A model generated the notes under the pieces. It ran no database searches, was not told the DNA's origin, and saw only the letters and a list, made by a program, of their open reading frames with translations. DNA of 64,000 nt from an uncultured Planctomycetia bacterium. GTDB taxonomy: Bacteria > Planctomycetota > Planctomycetia > Pirellulales > Thermoguttaceae. The translations under genes were made by a program, and so were the position numbers. This document shows, piece by piece, positions 1 through 8,834 of the stretch; positions within the stretch are counted from its first letter, which is position 1; each line of letters opens with the position of its first letter. Location: assembly GCA_963719885.1 (NCBI GenBank), contig CAVRDP010000030.1, forward strand, positions 66,250 to 130,249. Reading direction: 5' to 3'.

Positions 1-1035
1 GATGCGGCACTGGACCTCATCGGCGGGCTGAAAAAGCTCGTCAGCAACAAGACGGTGAGCATCAAGATCAACGTCACCGGCGGGCCGGACAAGCTGGCCG
101 GCCTGCCCGGTTATCGAACGTATCAGATCCATCCCAACTTGCTGGCCGCGTTGTGTGCCGCGGTGAACGACGCCGGCGCACGGCGGGTGATCGTGCTGGA
201 AAGCCAGTACTCGCTCAAATCGCCGGAAGAAGTCCTTGCCGGCGGCGGCTGGGACGTCCGTGCGATCCAATCGGCCGGCGGCAACCGCGTGACTTTCCAG
301 GACACCCGCAACCGCGGCAAGTGGCCGCAGTACAGCCGGCTCACGGTTCCCTGGGGTGGATTTCTCTTTCCCGCCTTCGACCTCAACCCGTGCTACGAGA
401 AGACCGACGTGTTCATCTCGCTGGCCAAGCTCAAGGACCATCTCTGCACGGGCGTGACGCTGTCGATCAAGAACCTTTTCGGCATGACGCCCAGCGCGCT
501 CTACGGCGAGGACGCGCCGAACGAAAACTCGCTCAGCAATCGGGGAGCAATCCTTCATAATGGCAAGATTGCCGTGCCGGCCGGGGTGCCCAAGCAAATC
601 GGCGAACCTGTGCCGGTGCTGTGGAAGTATCGGGTCCCGCGGATAACGGCCGATTGCCTCGGCGCGCGGCCCATCGACCTGGCCGTGATTGACGGCATTG
701 AAACCAACCGCGCCGGCGAGGGCCCTTGGGCTCTGAAGGCCCAGCCGATCCAGCCGGGATTGCTGTTGGTCGGCTGCAATCCGCTCTGCACCGACGCCAT
801 CGCCACGGCCGCCATGGGCTACGACCCGCTGGCCGGGCATTTCGAGTTTCCTTTCCCCGGCGAGAATCACTTGCGGTTGCTGCGCAGCGTCGGCATCGGC
901 GAGATCGATCCCAGGAAACTCGAGGTCCGCGGGCTGCCGCTCAAAGAGGCAGTCTACCCGTTCAATCCCAAGCATGAGGCGTTGGAGACTCCTATGGCCT
1001 ACCACGCCTACTACGACTCGCGCCTGCGGGCGTAA
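1..1035 (+). CDS. DUF362 domain-containing protein (5' end outside window)
   Basis: Frame 1 is open from nt 1 (DAALDLIGGLKKLVSNKTVSIKINVTGG...). ORF track 55..1035. Sequence resembles DUF362 family proteins as I remember them. Strong GC3 bias. Confidence 0.65.
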   Translation, partial: DAALDLIGGLKKLVSNKTVSIKINVTGGPDKLAGLPGYRTYQIHPNLLAALCAAVNDAGARRVIVLESQYSLKSPEEVLAGGGWDVRAIQSAGGNRVTFQDTRNRGKWPQYSRLTVPWGGFLFPAFDLNPCYEKTDVFISLAKLKDHLCTGVTLSIKNLFGMTPSALYGEDAPNENSLSNRGAILHNGKIAVPAGVPKQIGEPVPVLWKYRVPRITADCLGARPIDLAVIDGIETNRAGEGPWALKAQPIQPGLLLVGCNPLCTDAIATAAMGYDPLAGHFEFPFPGENHLRLLRSVGIGEIDPRKLEVRGLPLKEAVYPFNPKHEALETPMAYHAYYDSRLRA

Positions 1036-1172
1036 TCGCGGCCGAAAACCGCCGTCTAGCACGCTACGGGGTCTTGCGCCCCCTCTTTATGCGGATCTTG
1101 CCTAATCGATCTTGCACGGCTCAGCCGATATAGGTAGAGTCCGCCTGTGTCTATATTCGTTCAGGAGGAGCG

Positions 1173-3031
1173 ATGATGAACACGCCTTGGGGAATCGCAA
1201 CAACCGGCAAGGGCCGTTTACGCCGTACGGGCCGACACGGCCGAGCACTGCGGGATTATCGCCGTCTGGGCATCGAGCCGTTGGAAAATCGCCGCGTTTT
1301 GTCGGCGGTTTTTCCCTTCGTGACGCTGCCACCCGTCCCCTGTGGCCCGATCCTCTCGCCCGTGACCTCGTCGCCGGTGAGCTCGTCGCCGCCGGCGCCC
1401 GTGGAAGGCAAACCAATCGGCGCCACGCTCTCGCCCGCACAGCTCGCGGCCGAGACGACGGTCGGCCAGTCGATCAATGCCTTCGCGGAGGCCCTCTACA
1501 GCGAGATCCAGAGCCAGCCGGGGGGGAGCGGCAACCTCTTCCTTTCCCCGGCAAGCATCTCGACCGCCTTGGCGATGGCCTACGCGGGGGCCCAAGGTGA
1601 GACCGCAACCCAGATGGCGGCCGCGCTCCACTACACGCTTGCTCCTGCTACGCTGGCCGGCGATTTTGGCAGCCTGATCGCCGACCTGAACAGTGCCGGC
1701 CAGGGCAATTACTCGCTCTCCGTGGCCGACGCCCTCTGGGGCCAGCAGGGCTACTCGTTCCTCGCCCCGTTCCTGGACCTCATGCAAGCCGACTACAGCG
1801 GCGGCCTGCGCCGGGTCGATTTCCAGAACGCCACCCAAGCCGCCCAACTGACCATCAACAACTGGGTCGCCAAAGAGACCAACAACAAGATCCAGAATTT
1901 GATCCCCGCAGCGCCCTCACCCCGTTGACGCGGCTCGTATTGACCAACGCCATCTACTTCCAAGGCCAATGGGCGACTCCCTTCAATGCCAGTCTCACGC
2001 AGAATGCGGCCTTCACGCTGGGCTCGGGCGGCCAGGTGCAGGTTGCCACAATGCATGCCACCAATTCGTACCGCTATATGCAGAGCGACGGCTATCAAGT
2101 CCTGGAGCTGCCCTACGCGGGCAACCGCCTGGTCATGGACGTGCTCCTGCCGAGCGCCGGCAGCGGGTCCGCGGGCCTGGCTGCCACCCAACTCCCCGCC
2201 AACCTCAACGGCTGGCTGCAAGGCCTGACGTCGCAACCGGTCGCTGTCTCGTTGCCCAAGTTCCAGATCACCACGCCGTCGTTCGATCTCACTCAATCGC
2301 TTAAGGCCCTGGGCATGACTGATGCTTTTAGTCCCACGGCCGCCGACTTCGCGGGCATCAGCGCCAACCCGCTGAATATCAGTTCCGTCTACCACAAGGC
2401 GTTCGTCGACGTGAACGAGACGGGAACCGAGGCCGCGGCCGCCACGGGGACGGTCGTGACGGCTCAAGTCATCGTGTCGTCGCCAGAGACCGTCGCCTTC
2501 AACGCCAACCACCCGTTCTTGTTCCTGATCCGCGATACGCAGTCGGGGAGCGTTCTCTTCATGGGGCAGGTGGCCGATCCGTCCTCGACCGGCACCGATC
2601 CGTCCGCTCCGGCCGTGCCCACGGCTATCGCGCCTCGAATCACCTCGACCGCACCGACGCGAGCCAACGTGGGACGCGTCTACGCCTACCGGGTCCTGAC
2701 CAATGCGGCCTCCGGCCAGAGCATCACTTTCTCGCTGAAAAGTGCGCCGGCCGGCATGAGCATCAACGCCTCGACCGGTCTGGTGATCTGGTCGCCGACG
2801 GCTTTCCAAACGGGATCGAGCGCCGTGACCGTGCTCGCCACGGACCAGTTCGGCGACACGATGCGGCAGGCATTCAGCATTCGCGTTTCCGGCGATTCGG
2901 TTCTAAGTAATCCCTTCGCCTCCGTGTCGCAGAATCTCCCCACGCTGGACAGTCTCAGGCATGCAGGCTTGAAGAGCAACGCGGTCGACCAGTTCTTTGC
3001 ATCCAGCGGTTTGGGACCGGCCGAAGAATAA
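1173..3031 (+). CDS. Serpin with C-terminal Ig-like (He_PIG-type) domain; one frameshift as assembled (~1904-1907)
   Basis: AGGAGG 6 nt upstream of the ATG at 1173. ORFs 1173..1928 and 1925..3031 are two halves of one serpin (NLFLSPASISTALAMAYAGA...; LTRLVLTNAIYFQGQW; hinge GTEAAAATG; HPFLFLIRD). The frame switches in the CCCC run at 1904-1907. N-terminus has the LGIEPLENRRVLS planctomycete motif. The C-terminal ~130 aa (SITFSLKSAPAGMSINASTGLVIWSP) look like a putative Ig domain. Confidence 0.85.
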
Positions 3032-3141
3032 CTTCCGTGTTCATGCGAGGGGTGGCATGCCTTCATGCCGGCGTTGCCGGCATAGGCATGTCGTTGGCTA
3101 CGTTAACACGCGAAAACATGCCCCAATCGGGAAGTTATTTT
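3028..3141. repeat. Palindromic element between convergent genes (possible bidirectional terminator)
   Basis: Outer inverted repeat AATAACTTCC (3028-3037) / GGAAGTTATT (3132-3141). Inner perfect hairpin ATGCCGGC-gtt-GCCGGCAT (3065-3083). No T-run. Confidence 0.4.
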
Positions 3142-3168
3142 TCGGCCCATCCTTGGGCGGGTGGCGAA

Positions 3169-3630
3169 TCATTTGTTGAGCTCCCGCACCACCCGCAGGG
3201 CTTCGTCGATGTGCCGGTCGGCCGAGAAGTGCGCGGTGAACACATGGCGGACCACACCCTCCTTGTCGATCACGTAGGTCGTACGGCCGGGCAAGAACCC
3301 CAGCAGTCTTGGCACGCCGAGGGCCTTTTGCAGGGCCTGGTCCTGGTCGCTGATCAGCAAGAACGGCAGGCGTTGCTCTGCGGCGAATCGCCGGTGCCGC
3401 TCGATCGAGTTGATGCTGACGCCGATGACCACCGCCCCAGCCGCGGCGAAATCTGCGTAAGCATCGCGAAATCGACAGGCCTCCGCGGTGCAGACGGGCG
3501 TGCCGTCGCGGGGGTAAAAATAGAGCACGACGACTTGCTTTCCCAAGTAATCGGCCAGCGCAACCGGTTGGCCCGTATGGGCCATGGCGGTGAACTGCGG
3601 AGCGCGATCTCCGACGGCTATGGCGGTCAT
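3169..3630 (-). CDS. bcp: Thiol peroxidase / peroxiredoxin Bcp (PrxQ type)
   Basis: 153-aa intact ORF. GDRAPQF...VVLYFYPRDGTPVCTAEACRFRD...FLLISDQD pattern is typical of Bcp. Confidence 0.9.
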   Translation of the reverse strand: MTAIAVGDRAPQFTAMAHTGQPVALADYLGKQVVVLYFYPRDGTPVCTAEACRFRDAYADFAAAGAVVIGVSINSIERHRRFAAEQRLPFLLISDQDQALQKALGVPRLLGFLPGRTTYVIDKEGVVRHVFTAHFSADRHIDEALRVVRELNK

Positions 3631-3648
3631 GACAGGTTCCTTGGCATG

Positions 3649-4863
3649 TTACGCTTCTGGTTTATAGCGCCGCTGGAACTCCTCGATGTTCACGATCCGG
3701 CCGGTGGCGCGCGACTCCTCGGCAGCGAAGCCCATGAGATGGCTGTGGACCGTCGAGTCCAGGCCGGCGGCCAGCGGGGCGTCCGGCGGGCCGGTCATCT
3801 CGTCGTAGAGCGCGTCGATCAGCCCCGCATCGCCGCCGCCGTGCAGTTCGTAGCCGCCGTCTGCGGCTTGCACCGTGTATCGCACCGGCTCGCCCTCGTG
3901 GGGAAAAACGTAGAGGTGTTCGCCAAAATGCTTGTGGTAGGTCTCGCCGCCTTTGAGCACGCCGCGCGTGCCGTAGATCTCGATGTGCCGGCCGTTCTCG
4001 AAGGCCGTCATCGTGAACGTGCCCGTCACGCTGCCTTCGAACTCCATCGCTAACACCTGCCGGTCCACAGCGTCGTTGTCGCAGCGATAGACGCAGCGGC
4101 CCCACGGGCTGGTTTTCAGCCACGCTGCGATCTCCTCGGCGCCGGCCTCGGCGGCGCGGTCGAAAACCATCGGCAGCCACACGGCCCGCATGTCGCCGGC
4201 GTAGCGCAGCGCATTGTAGGCGCACGTGTCGCCGACCGGGCAGCCGTCGGTGCAGCGCGGGGCGCGCCGGCGGGCGCCCGTTCGGGCCGGAAAAACTCCA
4301 AGGAGCCGAAGCTCGCCACGCGGAGGCAGCGGCGGCCGGCCAGCCAGTGGACGATATCCGTGTCGTGGCAGCACTTGGAAATAATCATCGGCGAACTCTT
4401 GCCCGCGACCGACCAATGCCCGCGTACGAAGGAGTGCGCCTGGTGCCAGGGCATGACGCCCTCGTTGGCCTGGATGGAGACGATTTCGCCCAGCGCTCCC
4501 GACTGGACGATCTCTTTCACCTTGCGGTAGAACGCGGCAAACCGCAGTACGAAGCAGACCATCACGCGGCGGTTTGCCTGGCGGGCAAGGGCCTCGATCT
4601 CCAGCACCTGCTCGACGCGGGTGGAAATCGGTTTCTCCAGGAGCACGTGGTAGCCGGCCTGGAGGGCCTGGCGGCAATGGCGGTAGTGGTCGTTATCCTG
4701 TGTGGCGACGATCATCACGTCGGCGAGGTGTCCTGCCTCCAGGATCGCATCGGCGGCGGCGACGATCTGGAAGCGATCGGGCCGGCGCAGCCAACGCCGT
4801 ATAGGTCTGCGCCCGTGCGCCGCAACCGATGCAGGCAATCGTCAGAGGTCTTGGCGTATTCAT
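3649..4863 (-). CDS. Gfo/Idh/MocA family oxidoreductase; two frameshifts as assembled
   Basis: ATG at 4863 (MNTPRPLTIACIGCGARAQTY). The reading then continues in ORF 4116..4838 (HVLLEKPIS..., Rossmann part). It finishes in ORF 3649..4677 (C-terminal alpha/beta domain). Breaks lie at ~4795 and in the GGGG run at 4258-4261. Confidence 0.8.
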
Positions 4864-4987
4864 CGCAAATCCCCTATCTCCTTCAAGACGGGTGTTCTGC
4901 GATTATCGGGTGGCGACGGGCAGCGTGCAAGCCGGCCCCTTCCAGCCGCGGGAAAACGCCAAAGTCGTCTTCGTAGAACGGGATCCC

Positions 4988-5122
4988 GTAGTTCTTTAGC
5001 TAAGTGAAGTAAACCGCGGATTGCACGGATAACGCGGATATTTTCACAGATTGGCGAATTCCAGTGTATCCGCGGAATCCGCGTCATCCGCGGTCAATCA
5101 TTTCAGACGGCGTAACAGTTAC
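4988..5122. repeat. CCGCGGAT-rich ~135-nt imperfect palindromic element, copy A
   Basis: AACCGCGGATTGCACGGATAACGCGGATA ... ATCCGCGGAATCCGCGTCATCCGCGGT, with flanking arms TTTAGCTAAGTGAAGT / CATTTCAGACGGCGTAACAGTTAC. Aligns along its whole length with 5455-5601. Confidence 0.75.
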
Positions 5123-5184
5123 GGAATTCCATTGTCAATCCGCAGAAAATCCCAGAGAAAAACTGGATTTCTCGACCAGAATCG

Positions 5185-5425
5185 GAGACAATATCAATGG
5201 GCAAGGGGCGTGGTCAACGCAATGACCTCGAACATCAACTCGGCCCACAGTGGCGGAGCGGTAGTGGTCTTCTGCGACGGGCACAGCCAATTTCTGGGGG
5301 ACGACGCCGGAGTGAATCTGGCGACCGGCAGCAATTCGATTACGGTTTACCAAATCGTGGCGACCCCGGACGGCAGCAAGATCGGCGGCGAGCCTCCGGC
5401 CGATGACGGCCAGTGGGCGCAGTAA
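5185..5425 (+). pseudogene. C-terminal remnant of a DUF1559 (H-X9-DG) pseudopilin-like protein
   Basis: Only the last ~75 codons are present: SAHSGGAVVVFCDGHSQFL matches the H-X9-DG motif. No prepilin N-terminus. Bracketed by the two CCGCGGAT elements. Confidence 0.75.
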
Positions 5426-5454
5426 GGCAGTAAGCTTGCCAACGATCTTGGGAC

Positions 5455-5601
5455 GTAACTGTTTAGCCGTCTGAAGTGATGAACCGCGGATTACGCAGAT
5501 ACCGCGGATAAAACGATGCAAACACCAAGATTTGAATTCATCTGAAACATCCGCGTTCTCCGCGAAATCCGCGGTTTACACCATTCCGCTGAAGAGTAAC
5601 G
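5455..5601. repeat. CCGCGGAT-rich ~147-nt imperfect palindromic element, copy B
   Basis: GTAACTGTTTAGCCGTCTGAAGTGATGAACCGCGGATTACGCAGATACCGCGGATA ... ATCCGCGTTCTCCGCGAAATCCGCGGTT. Same orientation as copy A. Its 5' arm is the reverse complement of copy A's 3' arm. Confidence 0.75.
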
Positions 5602-5718
5602 AAAACGTGTGTTTTGACGTTTGGCGGAATCAGTTCTGCGCAGCGCACGTTGACAGTCCCCAAGAGGCATGCGATAATGCCAGTATTGATGGAGAGGGGC
5701 TGTGGATTGGAGGATACG

Positions 5719-5949
5719 ATGGAGCCGACGGGTACACCTGGCGATCAACTCTACCGCGACGAGGTGCTTGCTGCTCGCGTTATGACGCCGGAGGAGAAAC
5801 TCTTGGCCGGTCCCCAGCTTTTTGACTTCGCCTGCCGAATTGCCCTGGATGGGATCCGCAATCAGTTCCCGGATTTCGACGAACAGCGCATGCGTCAGGT
5901 CCTGGCCGAGCGGGTGGAGTTGGGCCGCCGCCTGGAGAACAACGGGTGA
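5719..5949 (+). CDS. Hypothetical small protein (76 aa), translationally coupled to the downstream nucleotidyltransferase-fold gene
   Basis: GGAGGA 5 nt upstream of the ATG at 5719. Its stop overlaps the GTG of the next ORF (GTGA at 5946-5949). No family recognised. Confidence 0.5.
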   Translation: MEPTGTPGDQLYRDEVLAARVMTPEEKLLAGPQLFDFACRIALDGIRNQFPDFDEQRMRQVLAERVELGRRLENNG

Positions 5950-6542
5950 ACAGTGACGAAGCCACCGTCGCCGTCATCGACGCCCTCCAGGCGCTCGACA
6001 TTCCTTACCTCCTGGTTGGCTCCCTGGCCAGCAATCTCTACGGAATTCCCCGCTCGACCAAGGACGCGGATTTCAGCGTGCAGGTTGGGCCCGGCGGTAT
6101 TCGTGCCATCGTTACACATTTAGGTTCCCACTTCCGCCTTGACCCGCAGGTCTCGTTCGAGACGGTCACGGGAACGATGCGGTACGTCGTCAACGTCGCC
6201 GAAAACCCGTACCGGATCGAGTTCTTCTGCATGAATGACGATCCTTTCGCTCGGGAGCGTTTTGCACGGCGGCAGCGGTCGCCGTTCCTGGGCAGGCAGG
6301 CGTTCGTGCCCACCCCGGAGGATGTTGTCGTCGTGAAGCTGCGGTGGGCGTTGTCGCTGAACAGGCCAAAAGACGCCGAGGATGCGCGTGGCGTGATTGC
6401 CGTTCAAGGCGAGCGCCTCGATTGGAATTACATCCGCCGCTGGTGCGATGCTCACGGCACGCGCGAACTGCTCGACAAAGTGCGGGCATCGATACCGCCA
6501 TTCCACGGCAACGACCCTCTATTGCCGCGTGGAACGCCATAG
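5946..6542 (+). CDS. Nucleotidyltransferase-fold protein (MNT/AbiEii-like)
   Basis: 198-aa ORF. LLVGSLASNLYGIPRSTKDADF resembles the GS...DxD minimal nucleotidyltransferase motif. Lies in a toxin-antitoxin-rich neighbourhood. Confidence 0.55.
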   Translation: MNSDEATVAVIDALQALDIPYLLVGSLASNLYGIPRSTKDADFSVQVGPGGIRAIVTHLGSHFRLDPQVSFETVTGTMRYVVNVAENPYRIEFFCMNDDPFARERFARRQRSPFLGRQAFVPTPEDVVVVKLRWALSLNRPKDAEDARGVIAVQGERLDWNYIRRWCDAHGTRELLDKVRASIPPFHGNDPLLPRGTP

Positions 6543-6550
6543 CGTGCTCC

Positions 6551-6611
6551 GCACTTCGTACTCGGCACTTCGTACTCCCGGCGCGTCTTTGCCGGCGGCA
6601 AGCGCTTGCCG
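6551..6611. repeat. Heptamer (GTACTCN) array plus truncated conserved core, copy 1
   Basis: GCACTTCGTACTCG GCACTTCGTACTCC (2 x 14 nt), then CGGCGCGTCTTTGCCGGCGGCAAGCGCTTGCCG. It abuts the vapC stop at 6612. Confidence 0.8.
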
Positions 6612-7013
6612 TCACTTCAAGAGGGCGGTGAATCCGGCTTGCTCAAAATGATGGTCGCCGGTCAGGGCCTCCGCAATCCCTTCCTCCGTCACTACGACGA
6701 AGGAAATGCAGTCCGTCAGCGACCACTGTTTGTCCGGCCGCTCATGATAAAGCTCGACGCCTTTTTCGAACGTCTCCGCGTTGGCCGGCACGATCATGTC
6801 CGCCGGGTTCGCCTCGATGTCAGCCAGCACACGACGAAACGCTTGCCGGTTTGGCGTGGACGCTAGCCCGTCCGCCAACTCGGTGAGCACTCAAGCGGTC
6901 GTTGCCAACGGCGCCCGGTTTCGCCGGCTGAAATCCATAGCCTTTGTGTGCGCCGGGTTGCGCGGATTGAGGATCGCGAAAAAGAAGAACGAGTCGGCGA
7001 AAATACGCATCAT
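6612..7013 (-). pseudogene. vapC: PIN-domain toxin VapC interrupted by an in-frame TGA
   Basis: Reverse strand from ATGATG at 7013 reads MMRIFADSFFFFAILNPRNPAHTKAMDFSRRNRAPLATTA-TGA-VLTELADGL...GDHHFEQAGFTALLK. The TGA (6891-6893) sits where a homologous PIN protein would be expected to continue (possibly Trp, TGG). Confidence 0.8.
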
Positions 7014-7240
7014 TGCTTGGGAGCTCCGTGCAGGTAGTGGTCTTGCTGTGCCGCCATGTCGGCCGGGAGCTCGGGCACCGTTCCGACAACATCGGCAAAC
7101 CGCTCGGCCAGCGTCCGTCCCTCAGCCGGAGATTTGTCGGGCGTCGCAACAGGCTCGATGTGGACTTCCGTGCCCTCCGGCAGCCCCGCTCCCTTCTCGA
7201 AAACCACGACTCCCCCTTTGACGTATCCACGATGGACCAT
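7010..7240 (-). CDS. Putative antitoxin partner of VapC
   Basis: GAGGAGGA 8 nt upstream of the ATG at 7240. MVHRGYVKGGVVVFEKGAGLPEGTEVHIEPV is an antitoxin-like N-terminus. Its TGA overlaps the vapC ATGATG. Confidence 0.6.
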   Translation of the reverse strand: MVHRGYVKGGVVVFEKGAGLPEGTEVHIEPVATPDKSPAEGRTLAERFADVVGTVPELPADMAAQQDHYLHGAPKQ

Positions 7241-7386
7241 AGTACTATCCTCCTCGATCAAAACATCTCTTGTTGAGTATCTTTCGTTTTGCTCCGCTCG
7301 GCCAGGGCCAACTTCGTCAGTTCCGGCCAGGCAATCACCAAACCATTATAGCCGGGTTGCAGGCCAGGCAGTGCCGGCTGCGCGCC

Positions 7387-7476
7387 CCCGGTCCGTCCTT
7401 GCCGGCGGCAATCGCTTTCCATGCCAAGTTCACCGAAGCGTCGAAAGTCGCGGGCTCGTAAGGTTCTGGGTGCAAA
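7387..7476. repeat. Conserved ~90-nt core unit, copy 2 (no heptamer array)
   Basis: CCCGGTCCGTCCTTGCCGGCGGCAATCGCTTTCCATGCCAAGTTCACCGAAGCGTCGAAAGTCGCGGGCTCGTAAGGTTCTGGGTGCAAAG. 82 of 91 positions are identical to 8641-8731. Confidence 0.85.
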
Positions 7477-7648
7477 GGCGCGCGAGGACATTAGCCCCTG
7501 GGCCTCTTGATCTCCTCGGCACGATCGCGGGACAGACGAAAATGTCAGATATGTCAGGGGCCAGGTGGCCCTGGGCGGTTGGGAGACGGGTAGCGACGAG
7601 GTCGCCGGGCGACGCCCAGTTTCCGGCCACCGGCGGCCGCTCCATGTC

Positions 7649-7776
7649 ACATACTCCGAACTCTGCACTCCCTACTCTGTACTCCCTACTCTGTACTCCC
7701 TACTCTGTACTCCCGGCCCGTCTTTCCCGGCGGCAATCGCTTTCCATGCCTTGTTGACCGAAGCGTCGCGAATCAC
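7649..7776. repeat. Heptamer array plus conserved core, copy 3
   Basis: CTACTCTGTACTCC x3 (7-nt period) at 7649-7712, then CGGCCCGTCTTTCCCGGCGGCAATCGCTTTCCATGCCTTGTTGACCGAAGCGTCGCGAATCAC. Overlaps the stop of the truncated vapC. Confidence 0.85.
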
Positions 7777-7975
7777 GAAGACCAGTCGACGATGGAGAGG
7801 CCCGGAATCAATCGAAAGTCCCTGACGTTGCGCGTCACCAGGGTGCCGCCTTGCTCCAGAGTGATCGCTGCTATGCGCAGGTCCGCATGTTTGACTCCGA
7901 GCTTCAGGCCCCTGAGGTGAATGAATCGGTCGATTGCCGGCTCGCTGAATGAGAAGATGTGAAGTGGAGACTCAT
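7773..7975 (-). pseudogene. vapC: N-terminally deleted PIN-domain (VapC) remnant
   Basis: Only ~60 C-terminal codons are present (FSFSEPAIDRFIHLRGLKLGVKHADLRIAAITLEQGGTLVTRNVRDFRLIPGLSIVDWSS). There are 200 nt between the antitoxin stop and this stop, against ~390 nt for a full PIN gene. Confidence 0.7.
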
Positions 7976-8271
7976 TGGCCCTGCCCGAGGTCTTCAGTCT
8001 CTCGGCGATACTGGGCCATCGCGTCCTTCCACGGCTGGAGCAGGGGATCGTCCTTGAGCATTCCCGCAAATCGAGCGAGGGGATGTGCCCGACCGCGAAT
8101 TTCCAGTTCGCAGACCTCGGCGCCGGCATCGAGGCGGCAGTCGATCAATTCGCGGAGCCTTTGGATTGCTTCGTCGCGAGTCGGCGCTTCAATTTCCAGG
8201 CCCCAAAGGCCCCCGCTGCTTGCGCGAAAAGCATTTTCTCCCGCGGGCTCGACGATAATGGGGATCTCCAT
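7972..8271 (-). CDS. Putative antitoxin (HicB-like fold) of the truncated VapC
   Basis: ATG at 8271. MEIPIIVEPAGENAFRASSGG...APTRDEAIQRLRELIDCRL...HPLARFAGMLKDDPLLQPWKDAMAQYRRE. Its stop overlaps an ATG at the start of the toxin remnant. Confidence 0.55.
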   Translation of the reverse strand: MEIPIIVEPAGENAFRASSGGLWGLEIEAPTRDEAIQRLRELIDCRLDAGAEVCELEIRGRAHPLARFAGMLKDDPLLQPWKDAMAQYRRETEDLGQGQ

Positions 8272-8585
8272 TTTCCGTATTTCCTCGCTCCTGGAACTGC
8301 TTGCCTTTGTCGTGGGCGGGACCCTTAGCCGCTCGCCTGGGGATTTGGTCTCCGCCCCCGCTCTAGGGAAAATCGCTCCTGATAATCCGTTGCGGGCGCC
8401 GGATACTCGTCGTGCGGCGGCAATTCTGCCACGAACCCCGCCACGCTGCATGATCCATGCTATTATGGCGGCTTCGGGCGCAAAGTCAACTCAATTCGGG
8501 CGTTTTCCAGCATGTCCGGCGGCTGTTCCACGTCATGGCGGCGGATCCGCAAGGCCGTGCAACATGCGGCGGCCGCACCATGTCA

Positions 8586-8731
8586 CGTACTCCGTACTCC
8601 GTACTCTGTACCCTGTACTGCGTACTGTGCACTCCGTACTCCCGGGCCGTCTTTGCCGGCGGCAATCGCTTTCCATGCCAAGTTCACCGAAGCGTCGAGA
8701 ATCACCGGCTCCTCAGGTTCCGGGTGCAAAG
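8586..8731. repeat. Heptamer array plus conserved core, copy 4
   Basis: GTACTCC GTACTCC GTACTCT GTACCCT GTACTGC GTACTGT GCACTCC GTACTCC, then the full ~90-nt core (CGGGCCGTCTTTGCCGGCGGCAATCGCTTTCCATGCCAAGTTCACCGAAGCGTCGAGAATCACCGG...GGGTGCAAAG). Confidence 0.85.
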
Positions 8732-8834
8732 ATGGGGACGGCTTCAGCGCCATCTGACGGTGGTTTTCCGTGTATCAGCGAGACGCCACGTCGGGTCGGC
8801 ACGTCGCGACGCGCCCCGTTCACGTTCAATATAA

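Noticed and set aside
6891-6893. The in-frame TGA in vapC as selenocysteine or programmed readthrough.
   Set aside because: It is one substitution away from TGG. No SECIS-like hairpin follows. The neighbouring module is also decayed.
6551-8642. Heptamer arrays as a CRISPR array.
   Set aside because: The repeat unit is 7 nt and strictly tandem, with no spacers and no cas genes. It does not fit CRISPR architecture.
6551-8731. The conserved unit next to TA cassettes as integron attC sites.
   Set aside because: The unit lacks the R''-L''/L'-R' inverted-repeat organisation and GTTRRRY cores. No intI-like integrase is in the window.
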